DNA of 63,531 nt, the filler included, from Octopus bimaculoides (Eukaryota): the NCBI RefSeq assembly GCF_001194135.2. It is 4 parts of 4 records of this genome, joined end to end, with 100 filler letters (N's around TTAATTAATTAA, not from the genome) between each part and the next. Parts side by side here need not be neighbours in the genome. Positions count along the whole stretch, not along the records: positions 16,986 to 46,752 come from NC_069007.1; positions 46,853 to 61,019 come from NC_068988.1; 2 more parts are not named here. One strand, written 5' to 3'. The position numbers and the translations under genes were made by a program. How positions within the stretch are numbered: the first letter of the stretch is position 1; every line of letters begins with the position of its first letter. This document shows, one piece after another, positions 46,287 to 59,539 of this stretch. The notes under the pieces were generated by a model that saw nothing but the letters and a program-made list of their open reading frames with translations, did no database searches and had not been told where the DNA came from.

Positions 46287-49200
46287 TCTTGTTTGATTCG
46301 GTGGAACTACCTGGAACCTCTCTCTCTGAAGCTATCAATGACTTGGGAACTGGTAAAGTCCACAGCGCAATGAGTAAGTCATATCTGAAATAGAAACAAT
46401 AATATATATGTATATAAATATAAATATATATATATATAAATATAACTTACTTCGTCCCCACTTTCAAGTTCGTGCCTCACAGCGTTCATATACACATAAT
46501 TTTTTATGTCTGGCTGCATAGCTTTTTCCGTTTGTTTTCCTGTCTTGTTTCTTGTCCGCCACTACATTCCTCCATGGCACAGGTTTAATTTGTGCATACA
46601 AATTTAATTTGCGGTCCATGGGAAGAGCTGTTTTAACGATGCGTCCTGCCCAACTCTTCGAAACGCCGGTGTTAAAACGGGGGTAGCTGATGAAGGAAAA
46701 TGTTCTCTATGTGGCTTGTGTGTTTTCTGTACTCTGGTTATAATTATTTTCTNNNNNNNNNNNNNNNNNNNNNNNNNNNNNNNNNNNNNNNNNNNNTTAA
46801 TTAATTAANNNNNNNNNNNNNNNNNNNNNNNNNNNNNNNNNNNNNNNNNNNNGAAAAACTTCTCACTGGATTTTGAAATATATTTTTGAATTATATAAAA
46901 TTTTAACAATACTTTAAATGTAAAACAGTTTGTCCTTGTTTTCGCGTCTCCGTACAACTCTAAAAGGAATCAGAGTTGTAATCTTTGCAGCTCGAGAACT
47001 TCAACAGATAGAATGACACAAAATGTTGTTTGCATAGCTTGAAAAGGTCATTGTGTAATTTACTAAAAGCAGACCCACCCAACAGGTATTCACAACAGGA
47101 ACTTTTTGACAGAGTATTTTTATTTTCCCAGATTAAGCTACAGCTTTCTCAGTTTTAATCTCGTATTCTTGATCAGTTTCGTAAACTCCATTGATAATTG
47201 CCAGGATCCTGATCATTTTTTTTTTGTCTTTTTGATTTCAGCACTTAAGTTATGCCTCCAGGCAGTAAAATACTTTACTTTTAATTTTTTTCCCTTTTCT
47301 TTTGTTGTTGATGTTGCTGTTGTTTGTGTGTGTGTGTATTGTGTGTGTGCGCATGTGTGTGTGTTTATGTGTGTATGTGTATGTGTGTACTCGCCAACTA
47401 GAAGAAACATCGCTCACAATATTCGACATGTTGCGCTCTCCTTTCGGTTTTTTATGGGAAAGACCCCTAACAGCATCAGTTCAGCATTTTAAGGATTTTC
47501 TCACAAAGTGAGAACCTCTTGCAAAAATTATAATCGAATTATAGCAATAACATTATCATATGTTTACTTTATGTTTACTCTGAACTAACTGTGAGCAACT
47601 AAATATCATGTGAGCTATTGTCTCATGCTTCATCACACATCCGGTTTAACTTCAGAGCTTGTCTCTGTGCTGCTAATGATCAATCACTTCTCTCTCTTCA
47701 ATATTCTTTTCTTTAACCAAAGCCAGCAATATTTGTCATCCCTTATCTCGTTTATCCTTTTCAACACAACAAAAATTAAGTTTCACTAATTTTTTTAATC
47801 ACATTTTGTTGAGGATTTTCTTTTTCCTTTCTTTTTTTTTTTTTTTTTTTTTTTTTAGACTCTACTAACTCTGCAAATATCCTTCATTGTGTATAATTTA
47901 TTATTTTTTTAATGGCCGTAAGTATGAAAGCCACACTGGTTTTAAGTTTGTAAACCTTTTGAAAAATTTTCACATCTGCTATGTTTTTGTTTTCAAAGGT
48001 GGCAGAGCAACTGTTATAACAGTTATCCTCACCTGTTGAACGTGGAACGAGCTTTATGCTCATCTTTTAAAATCTGCTTCGTATCACATTGAATCAATTT
48101 CGGCTTTGCATTCTGAGTTGAAATTTCGCCGAAGTCGACTTTGCCTTTCATCTTTTCGAGGTCGATAAAATAGGTATTAGTTGAGCACTGTGGTCGATGT
48201 AATCGATTAGATCCACTACAAATTGTGTCTCAAGCAGAAAGGATTATTTCGGTTTAATTTTCCAGCATAGCTAAATTATTTTTAAACAAGGGAGTTTTGG
48301 TAGCAGATGTATCTATAATATATCCTACCCCATCTTGAAACAATTTCAGGTTTCCCTCCTGCTTGCAAAGAATGCGACATTATAGCTACCTAAGTAGATA
48401 GCCACTGAGTCTCACCAAGCTTCAACAACAATATCGACAGCCCACTAAAATGAAAACAAACGCAACTACGACAATAACAACAAAATATTGATTAAACTTC
48501 GTTATCATCTCCAACAACAACGGCGCCGACGATGACAATATGGCAACAAAGCCACAATACGGACCAGAACGGAGTACGTCCTCGTCCTGCTCTGTCAAAG
48601 ATATATACGGTTTTCCAGCACAAACCTTCGAGACAAGTGATTCGATAAGTCAGGCTTCGTTGCCATGCCGTCATCGTCGTTGTTGAGCTCGGAATTTATT
48701 GAAAGGTGGGTGAAAGTTGTAAGGAAAGCTAGGACGGATGACACCAAGATAAGAACAGACCTGTGAATAGGAGAAAAGAAATTAGAGCAGGCATTTCTCC
48801 TTTGTGTTCAGAGCGATCTTGGTTAGTGGGTTTCCTCGATTGCCCCTAGAGTTCATCTTGTATCAAGATTACACTACAATCAACTGTACTTTTCAACTGA
48901 TGTATATTATATGTACTTCATGTCTTTTGTTTATATTGTATAGCGCATATATTTTTTCATACCATTTTATGTAAATCCCACACTTTAAGTCCTTCTTTGT
49001 ATTGTCCCCCTCACTTGTCGCAAATAAAAGAGGCAAATGAAAGAAATCAGTAGTGGTGGTGGTAGTGGTGCTGCTGCTGCTGCTGTTGCTGCTACTGTAG
49101 AATGTTATCCTATTAAAAAAACCGTCAAGCCTCTCCAGTGAGATTTGTTTCTTTATTTGGTTTCTTTTTCGATGAAATTAGATTTATTGGGATTTTTTTA

Positions 49201-49399
49201 TTGCATTGCCCTTACATAACACACAATCAGAGGAAACATGTTTATTAGTCGCTAATTTATTCCAGCATCATATTGAAAGTTCCCTTACAGCAACATAGCA
49301 ACTACTGTGACGACTGGAGGAGGGTGGTCTCAAGAGAAGGGAATATTCTGAGGCAGGGAAAAGTAAAAGAAACTGACATTGTTGTTGTCCTTTACGGTA

Positions 49400-49960
49400 G
49401 GAAATAGCTTTAGTAATTACTATGACAACACATAAATAATGTCAATACCCATAAATAAATATGTTAATGTTGAACTCACTTTAGAAGATGGCTGAAAATA
49501 TTAAAGCAAAACAAATACAGCAATAAATTAACAGCAACAACGATAATAATGCTGTCAACAGTAACGACGACAAAAGATATATTGTCAACAACAGCAAGAC
49601 GGGTATTAACGTCAACAACTACAACAACAATAGCAACAGTAAATGGCAACAACAATGACAGAAATTATACTGTCAGCACCATCAATAATAGCATTGATAT
49701 TGCTGGTAACAACAATTACAGCAATTATACTGTCAATGAGAAAAATGAGTTACAATACTTTCAAAAGAACAACGGCATCAATAATACAGTCAACAGCAAC
49801 AACAATGAAAGCAATTATACAGTCAACATGAACAATAACAACAATAATAGTCAACAGCAATAACAGTAATGAACAACAACAACGACAATAATGACAGCAA
49901 TATTACTGTCAACAAAAGTAACAGCAATAATGATGTCAACAACAACAATGGAAATGAAAA
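49400..49960. repeat. AAC/AAT-rich degenerate trinucleotide tract
   Basis: Direct reading. Confidence 0.85.
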
Positions 49961-49974
49961 ATGAATGTCTAACA

Positions 49975-50800
49975 GGTAAAACGAGGTTGCTCAACTAAAC
50001 GATGAAATTATGAATAAACTTCCAGGAAATACGATTCTAATGTCAGAAGAAAATGATTTTGTTGCTTATACCACAGAATTTTACACTTCCTTACTGAAAG
50101 AAAGGTGCTCCAGTAATAATTCTCAGAAGCTTAGGCTACATAAATAGCTATTGCAAAACATTCGATACTCAGTCCTCGCTTACGATGAGGAGTGTTGCAG
50201 CTGATTCGATCCAAGGAACATCCTGTTCTTGGAATTAACGTGCAAGTGACTGAGCTCTCTATAGACATGTGTACCGTTTGCGTACTTCTTAAGGAGATTC
50301 AGCGTGACGCAGAATGTGACAAGGCTGATCCTTTGAAATGCTACTACAACTCATTTTTTCCACTTGAGTGGACTGGAGCAACGCGAAATAAAGTGTCTTG
50401 CTCAAGGACACAATACTTTGCCGGGAATCGAATTCATGACATTATTATCGCGAACCGAATGCCCTGACCACCGAGCTACGCGCCTTCACCCAATGCTACT
50501 AATAATCTACTGACTATCAGCAAACTTAACAGCGTTGACGCTGGATGGGTTCTTATGATTCACTGTATTTCTGTTCCACCGTCTGCACGGACTTACCGTT
50601 AACTCTAAAAGGATTCAATTTCCTATTAGAGCTGCTTTTGTTATGTCGATAAGTAAGAGTCAAGGAAAAATTTTAAAGAGGTGCAGATGGTATTTTCGGA
50701 CTCTTACATTTACGCGAAGACAATTGTATTTCTATCAACAGAAGGGGCAATCCAACGAACCTAAGTATTTTGCGGATGAAAGAGAATTCAGCATTGCAAC
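49975..50800 (+). mobile_element. Old Helitron helicase remnant split by a family B SINE (about 50170-50490, -)
   Basis: NEVAQLNDEIMNKLPG, LKxGAPVIILR and RIQFPIRAAFVMSISKSQG. Confidence 0.65.
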
Positions 50801-51466
50801 TACTAAGTTAAATAAAAGTAAAATATTGTACAACATATATTCAAAGGGTGTGGAATACGAAATAAAATATGTTCTAAATAAATACTTTTAGTTAAACAGT
50901 ATTAAAACATTATTTATTTAGAAATATAACCTAAATTTCAATAGTTTATCCAATAAAAAAACATTTCATGTAACATTTATTTTTCTGAAAATGAAAATAA
51001 AGGTAAAGTTAATAAATAACTAATGCTTTCAACGACTCTTTACATTTAAACTAAATATATTTTGTACTACAGGTAGCATTTTAAATGATCAAACAATTCA
51101 AATTTAAATTTTGCATTTTTGCAGTCATCAAAGCTACCGGTATCGAACCAGTGTTATCAAGAACAATGCTAGTGATAGTGTTAACACCAACGATGGCAGT
51201 AATACACTCAACAACAACAATTATAGCGGTTATACTGTCAACAAAATAATTAGAGTAATACGAGCAACAACAACAGTAATTTGACTTAAAATTTTGGCAC
51301 TACGTCAGCAATTTCGAGGGGAAGAGTAAGCTGATGACAGCGACCCCTGTGTTCAACTGGTGCTTATTTTATCGACCCCGAAGGGGACGTAAAGTAAAGT
51401 CGACCTCACAATATAAAGAAGGGAGCAATACTGCTAAGCATTTTTACCTGGCATGCTAACGATTCT

Positions 51467-51700
51467 TATTTCTTTACTGCCCACAAGGAACTACACAAAG
51501 AGGGGACAAACAAGGACAGACAAACGGATTAAGTCGATTATATTCACCCCAGTGCGTAACTAGTACTTAATTTATCGAACCCGAAAGGATGAAAGGCAAA
51601 GTCGACCTCGGCGGAATTTGAACTCAGAACGTAACGGCAGACGAAATACCACTAAGCATTTCGCCCGGCGGGCTAACGTTTCTGCTATCTCGCCGCCTTA
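51467..51700 (-). mobile_element. tRNA-derived SINE family C, full length
   Basis: Reverse complement of 52261-52494; B-box gagttcaaattc. Confidence 0.88.
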
Positions 51701-52260
51701 GCAACTACCATAATTTGACAACACAAATAACAATTGTTTAATAACACTTACAATACTCCAGTAATATTTTAAACAGCAAAAAAGGAATGGGACTAGTTGT
51801 GCATCCCTATCATAATGATTTCAAATTTTGCCATAAGGGTGAGGGGACTAGTCGATTACATGAACCCCCAGTGTTCAACTGGTACTCATTGCATATCTAT
51901 CATAATGAGGAGAAAAGAATAAAATCTTTTTTTTTTTAAAAACATTTTTGATCAAAAGGTTTATCGTCGTAGGTCCACAACCATGGAATTTCAGGTTCTA
52001 TCTCACTGAATGGCAGCTTGAGCAAGCGATTTCTACTACAGTCCAGTGTCAATCCAAGCTGGGGAATAGAATTAAAAAGATTAAATCAGTATTGGGTGGA
52101 ATCTAAGTTTTGTAGATTTTATCCACTTAATCCGGGTTAAAATTCCAACATTTTACGTTCTGAGCACAAATCACATTTTCTTTTAACCCCTCCAGGGTCG
52201 ATAAAGCATAAAACAAGTCCAGTACTGCGTTTGTTAGTATCGACTAAAATATCGACTAAA

Positions 52261-52494
52261 AGGCGGCGAGCTGGCAGAAACGTTAGCCCGCCGGGCGAAA
52301 TGCTTAGCAGTATTTCGTCTGCCGCTACGTTCTGAGTTCAAATTCCGCCGAGGTTGACTTTGCCTTCCAACCTTTCGGGGTCGATTAAATAAGTACCAGT
52401 TACGCGCTGGGGTCGATGTAATCGACTTATTCCGTTTGTCTGTCCTTGTTTGTCCCCTCTGTGTGTAGCCCTTTGTGGGCAGTAAAGATATAAG
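52261..52494 (+). mobile_element. tRNA-derived SINE family C, full length; fragments also near 31540, 48110, 51300 and 53610
   Basis: aggcggcgagctggcagaa head; TSD tatcgactaaa (52250-52260 and 52495-52505). Confidence 0.9.
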
Positions 52495-55387
52495 TATCGA
52501 CTAAAATATCCCTTCAAAACATTTGGCCTTCTGCTTAAATTAAACAGTTTAATCTGATTCCAATTTTCCTTCTCTTTCTCTACTAGTCTCAGAGACCTAT
52601 AAAATGGTCACTGGTGCCCTACTATCAAAACATTAAGAAAACATGTTCAATATTACAAAGAAATTATGAAAGACATCACTCCAAATGTTAGCGGTGTGAA
52701 AAAAGGTGTCACTTTATTTTTCGTTTAATGAATGTACTTTTGTAGTTGTTAGACTGGCGAAAAATACCACTGCTATGCGTACGTTTGAGAAATTCATGCT
52801 AGTGCTTTCCTATGTAACTCATTGTTAATTCTGTAACTTCTTTTCTCCATTAATCTTGTATCCTATTTTCTATCCACTTTGCTCTGCAATTGATTTCGTA
52901 TCTTATTTTCTCCAAAATTTATCCTCTTATCAGCTTTTCTTTGAAGATATTCCATATCATATTTTCTTCCCGGTTAATCTTGAATACTACTTCCTCCTTT
53001 TTATTCGCAATTAATCCAATATTTCATATTCTTCCAAACTGATCCCATACATTATTTTCTCCAAAATAAATCTTGTATCCTATATTCTCCCTTATTTATA
53101 CCAAGTTCTATTCTCTCCCTAATTGATACAGTATTCTATTCTATTTCCTCCTCATTTTATCCCATACACGCTTGTCTCCCCAGTTAATCATATATTCTGT
53201 TTCTACCATTTAATCCTGAATCGTATTTTTCCTCTTATAAATCATGTATCAGCACTAAATGCTGTATCCTTGTATTTCTCCATTAAATCTGTTATCCTCG
53301 TAATCCCCCAATAATCCTGAATACTTCTTTCTTTTAGAAAATCTTGTAGCATAGCTTCTTTCTATCTTTTCTTCGTAGTTACTCTAGTATCTTTTTTTCT
53401 CCCGAATAAATGTAAGATTTATCTTCCTTATTTCGAGATTCATGCTGCAGAAAGTATAGGATTTCTTCAGTCATACATACTATCACAGACATACATCTGA
53501 ACTCTACAGAGATTAACAACAAATCGTAAATCATGTCTTCTTTCCCTTGTTCAACCACATGTGCTTGTAAATACTAAATATAGAATTTAAATAATAGTTT
53601 CAAAATTTTGGCACAAGGCCAGCGAGTTCGAGGTGAGACAGTAAGTCGATTGTATCATCCCAATGATCGACTAGTACTTATTTTATCGACCCCGAAAGGA
53701 TGAATGGCAAATTCGATCCCCCATAAATACATTTATATACTAAAGAAAAGAAAATTTGAAAAATTATGAATTTTTTACAATCCCATTCTCTGACCCCAGA
53801 TGTTTCTGTTTATAAATTAAAATACTGGAGAGCCTGAGAAAGTCATTGCTGGTATTTATCTACAGAGATCTAAAAAAAGAGTTAGGGAAAGGTTAATTCA
53901 TTTTAATAGCATACCTTTATTGTTATAAAAGGTTTTTTTTCTTACACACACGCGCACGCGCGGTTTCACTCGATTGATGTGGGAAAAAAATTTAGATTAC
54001 AATTTTCTTTGTTGCTTATATTCCACCAATGGACCGCGCGTTTGTTACTTCGGCATCATCATTCTATAAAACGTGTTTAATGGGAGAAAAATATTGAATA
54101 AACAACAATACATGTGAGAGTGAAAACGGAGAGTGATTTGTGTTGTGCTAGAAACGACAGCCAAGCCTCCCTGGAATTGTTCACCTTTTCCTCTGAAAAT
54201 ATTTACAATTTTTTTTTTTTACTGAAAAGGCTCCTCTGGATAGTTATCATTGTAAGGCTTATAGCGTTCCAAACATCCATAACAACAAAATCACTTCTTT
54301 TAAAAAAAAAAATTATGCTGGTATATCAAAAACAACCAAAGATCTCTTGAATTGGTCACCTTTTCCTCTGAAAATATTTACATTTTTTTTTACCAAAAAT
54401 GCTCCTCCCATGAGTTTTAAGTTTTAAAAAATGGCGAAAATCGGTCCGGTTAGTTACTATTGTAAGGCTTATAGCGTTCCAAACAGCCATAACAACAAAA
54501 CCACTTTTAATTTTTTTTTTTTTTTTCTAATTATACTGGTATATTAAAAAATCCTTTTATCTAAAATATTCATTTAAGAAATTCCAGAAACTGATAGTAT
54601 TCTTGAAATTGTGCCACGTATCAAAATTATATAGCTATTATTAAATTATCGTAAAGGAAAACAGAGGCGAGAGAGAGTGAGAGACTGTTGCAAATGAAAA
54701 CGGAAATTAAGTACCAGTGAAACACTGCAGCCGGTGTAATCGATTTGTCCCCTCCCCCAAAACATTTCCATGCCTTATACCTCTAGTAGCAACGATTACA
54801 ATAATAATAATATATACTCCAATCAGGGTAACATGATATAAACACATGACTGAAAAATGATGAGTTGAACACGTTGGGGACTGAACGCCAGAATCAACGC
54901 TAACACGACTCTGCGCACATCCGATAGACCAAAAGGTTCAGCCATCAATTTTAGTCAAATTTAATGTATAGATACTTACTGTCTAGTATTTATATATAAA
55001 TTCGTAAACAAACCTGAAGGCTGGTAAATTACCTTGTGGTCGCTCTTCTCCATATTTTATCAGCTTTCGGGTTTGTTTTCGAATTTACATATATATATAT
55101 ATATATANNNNNNNNNNNNNNNNNNNNNNNNNNNNNNNNNNNNNNNNNNNNNNNNNNNNNNNNNNNNNNNNNNNNNNNNNNNNNNNNNNNNNNNNNNNNN
55201 NNNNNNNNNNNNNNNNNNNNNNNNNNNNNNNNNNNNNNNNNNNNNNNNNNNNNNNNNNNNNNNNNNNNNNNNNNNNNNNNNNNNNNNNNNNNNNNNNNNN
55301 NNNNNNNNNNNNNNNNNNNNNNNNNNNNNNNNNNNNNNNNNNNNNNNNNNNNNNNNNNNNNNNNNNNNNNNNNNNNNNNNNNNNNNN

Positions 55388-57752
55388 GCTTCCGCGATAT
55401 CAGAACTGTTGACAATGTGTGTTATGACACATTTCGGGCAGCCTGCTTTCAGCGTGGGCTTTTGGAGGATGACTCACAATGGGATTCTACTTTGGCTGAA
55501 GGGGCTTTGCTAAACTCACCCAAAAGCCTACGGCAAGTCTTCGCTATTTTGCTCCAAAAATGTGGGTTGTCCGATCCAGTTTCTTTGTGGGTGAAGTACA
55601 GGGAACCTATGTCCGAGGACTTCCTTTGGATGGCAAAGCAACAGTGCCCTAATGCTGACATTGGATACAATGACCTGATCTACAATAATGCGCTGATTGA
55701 AATTGAGGATGCCCTGCTCAAAATGGGTGGGGCGGCATTGAACACATTTGGTTTGCCTTCCTCATTGCAACAGGACGTTAACACACTCGCACCAAAGTTA
55801 CTTCTGGAGTTGTCGTATGACGCTGATGGCCTTGCGGAGTACCTGAGAGTAAATGAACCGAAATTGCTCGCTGATCAGAGGCTGGCGTACGAAACTGTCG
55901 TCAGTGCTGTTGAAAAACAAGTGGGCGGTATTTTTTTCCTTGATGCTCCTGGAGGTACCGGCAAATCCTTTGTAACACGATTAATACTTACTAAGATTCG
56001 TCGAGAGAAACAAATTGCGCTAGCTGTTGCATCCTCGGGAATCGCTGCTACGTTATTGCCAGGAGGTAGGACGGCGCACTCGGCATTCAAGCTGCCTTTG
56101 GATTTGGTGAGGGCCGAGGTTCCTACTTGCAATATTAGCAAAAATTCAGAGGAAGCTGAAGTTCTTAGACAGTGCCGTCTCATTGTATGGGACGAATGCA
56201 CAATGGCCAAAAGGGGTGCCCTTGAGGCACTGGACCTGTCACAGAAAGATATCAGGGATTCTACAGCTTCTATAGGTGGTGTAACTCTATTGCTTTCATG
56301 AGATTTCCGACAAACCCTTCCTGTCATCCCTAAAGGAACCAGGGCTGATGAAGTGCGTGCATGCCTTAAGTCATCCACGTTGTGGCCCCAGGTTAAGATG
56401 TTAAGCCTAAGCACAAACATGCATGTGCACTTGCTTGGTGATAGCACGTCTGCAGCATTTGCTGAAGACATTTTAGCCCTTGGAGAAGGGAAGGTTCCTA
56501 AGAATGATAAGGGCAACATAGCCATCTCTGAACTGTGCAACACAGTGGACAGCCCTTCTGATCTTTTGGAAACAGTGTTCCCCAATCTGGAAAGTAACTA
56601 TGCAGACATCAATTGACTCAGTGAAAGAACCAACCCGGCCCCCCCAAAAATGTAGCTGTCAGTGCTATCAATGACCAGCTCATAAGCCGAATTCCGGGTG
56701 AGGAGTGCATCTACAAATCGATTGACCGGACCTGTGACCCCCAAGACATTGTCAATTACTCTATCGAGTTTCTCAACTCATTGGAGCCAGCAGGGCTTCC
56801 ACCTCACATTCTTAGGCGAAGGGTTGGATGCCCAATTATACTAATCAGAAACTTGCTTCCGCCTAAACAGTGCAACGGGACCCGCTTAGTAGTTAAGTCC
56901 CTGATGCCCCACTTGATTGAGGCCACCATTGTTACAGAGTGCGGGAGGGGTGAAAATGTTTTCATTTCAAGGATGCACCTTTATCCCTCGGGGTCAGACA
57001 TACCATTTCACTTCCGCAGATCGCAGTTCCCGGTGAGACCATGCTTTGCCATGTCCATCAACAAATCCCAAGGCCAAACACTATCGGTGGCAGGCATCCA
57101 TTTTGGAGAGCCATGCTTTTCACATGGGCAACTTTATGTGGCCTGCTCCCGTGTGGGTAGTAGAAACGTTCTTTTTGTGTATGCTCCTCATGGCAGAACA
57201 CGCAATGTTGTCTATAGCGAAGTTTTATAGACAAGTTGTCATTGCAGCCGATGTGGTTATAGACAGTGATCCGGAAGCATTGGCCAGACATATTCTCAAA
57301 CCATGGCAACATGACTGATGGACTCTTCCTCTTTTTTGTTGGACAATGCTGACTTCTCCAACAACAATGCTCACTCGGCTGATATCAGTGATTGGCTAAG
57401 TTGCTCATAGACGTAACCTAGAGGGACAGGCCCCTTATTTTTTGGTTAAGGCTGTGATAAGTTTTCCTAAGCTGCTCCAATCCAGATCCCCAATGCAAAC
57501 ATTCAGATCAACCTTCTCTTATGCAGATCTCTAATGCAACTTAAAAAAGCAGTCAACGAGTGGAAATAACCAATAAACTGATTCCTTATGGGATTTCACA
57601 ATCAAATTGCCAGCAAACCATTTTCAGCCAACCAATTTCAACGGATTCAGCGCAAATCTGATGTCAATGTTACTTATTTTGGTTTGAAATAAAGCACTTG
57701 ATCACTTCATAATCCTAGCTTAATCCCGGGCAACGCCGGGCTATACTACTAG
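55388..57752 (+). mobile_element. Helitron helicase half with an intact 3' terminus (5' end lost in the gap)
   Basis: DAPGGTGKS, ASSGIAATLLPGGRTAHS, WDECTM, *DFRQ, SINKSQGQT and GQLYVACSRV; hairpin cccgggcaacgccggg then CTAG|T at 57749-57753. Confidence 0.93.
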
Positions 57753-57919
57753 TTATTATTATTTCTCACCTAACACCCTATACTTCGGTTTCACACTGAT
57801 TAACGCTAACATTAGGATATTAATATATAACGGTAATGATATTTCTTTTATAATGTTTATGCTCTTCGCTTTAAATCAGTGTGGTATTAATCGTATTATT
57901 TTTTATAGCCTTAAACAAA

Positions 57920-58396
57920 ACACATGTGTGTGTTTTTGGGTACATATATGCATACGTGTGTTTGTGAGTGCATGTGAGGGTGGGCGTGTGTGGGTGTGTG
58001 AATGGGCACATGTGTGTGTATATGTGTGAGTATGTTTATGAGTGTATACTTATGCATGCATACATGTGTCTACAAATATATACAAATGTGTGTACGTGTG
58101 TGTATGTGCATGCGTGCATTTGTAGGTATGTGTGCGTGTGTGAGTATTGACACGTCTATATATATATACAGGAATGTATGTATATGGACAGGCATGCAAG
58201 CTAAGGTGCGCGTGTGTGAGCACATGTATTTGCGAAGGTTTCGTTATGTGGTGGGGGTGTGCTTGTGTTTGTGTGTATGTGCGAGAACGGGTAGGTACAC
58301 ATAAGCAAATGTATGTATGGGTATAAATGGGCGCACACACACGAGCACGGGGCATGTGTGTGGGTGCGTTAGGATGTAGGTGCGTGGGTGTATGTT

Positions 58397-58439
<43 letters not shown>

Positions 58440-58760
58440 AAATATATGAGCATATGGAGGTGTACATGCATATAAACATGCATGTGTGTGTGTGCGTGTA
58501 CACGTATGTATGAGTGTGCGGATACTTGCATGTTTGTACATATACAGGGAAGTAGGTATAGATACAGGCACGTATGTATAGGTGAGCGTGTATGTACATA
58601 TGTACATGTGGAGGTTTCTGTGTGGGTGTGTGGGTGTATGGGTATGGGTGCATGTGGGTGTGTGGGTATGTACACATGGGTGTGCGCATGTGTATGTGCG
58701 TATATGTGTACACGCACATGTTTGTTAATGGGTGTCTGCACGCTAGCAGACACATATGTA
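57920..58760. repeat. Degenerate (GT)/(AT) dinucleotide low-complexity tract
   Basis: Direct reading. Confidence 0.9.
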
Positions 58761-59539
58761 AACACTCACTTTAATTATCTCCCCTCACCCACCCGAATAA
58801 CTCCTTGACCACAACCTTTAGCTTCACATCAATAACACCCTCCCTTTGTATTTCTATGTAAACTGGCGTTCTCATGCCTAAAGCCCGTGGAATAATATCG
58901 GTGACCCCGTCATAATTCTATGTAAACAAACTTTCTAACGGTCACTGACCATGTAACAACTCAGCTCGTAAGTTACCCCATCATTTCGGTTTTGTCTTGC
59001 TACTAAATGTTTTATTATGTTCTCCCTGATGAGAAACAAGTGAGGATACCAGCAACCCTTTCCTTTTTTTTTTTTTTNNNNNNNNNNNNNNNNNNNNNNN
59101 NNNNNNNNNNNNNNNNNNNNNNNNNNNNNNNNNNNNNNNNNNNNNNNNNNNNNNNNNNNNNNNNNNNNNNNNNNNNNNNNNNNNNNNNNNNNNNNNNNNN
59201 NNNNNNNNNNNNNNNNNNNNNNNNNNNNNNNNNNNNNNNNNNNNNNNNNNNNNNNNNNNNNNNNNNNNNNNNNNNNNNNNNNNNNNNNNNNNNNNNNNNN
59301 NNNNNNNNNNNNNNNNNNNNNNNNNNNNNNNNNNNNNNNNNNNNNNNNNNNNNNNNNNNNNNNNNNNNNNNNNNNNNNNNNNNNNNNNNNNNNNNNNNNN
59401 NNNNNNNNNNNNNNNNNNNATATATATATATATGTATATATAATATATATACACACATATATATAAATACATACACACACATATATATATGGTGGTTGTC
59501 TACTGCTTATGCAGCATTTGACCATCTCCTGTACCTACA

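Noticed and set aside
46610-46700. gaagag..ctcttc-GAAACG and a nearby CTGATGA
   Set aside because: The core elements are in an order and spacing that I could not fold into a valid hammerhead
49549-49863. 104-aa Asn/Thr-rich ORF
   Set aside because: Lies in a degenerate AAC tract with stops in the same frame just outside; no splice or homology support
54020-54075. CCAAT and TATAAAA with nearby CpGs, a possible promoter
   Set aside because: Short motifs are expected by chance in AT-rich DNA and no + strand gene follows; the region looks TE-derived
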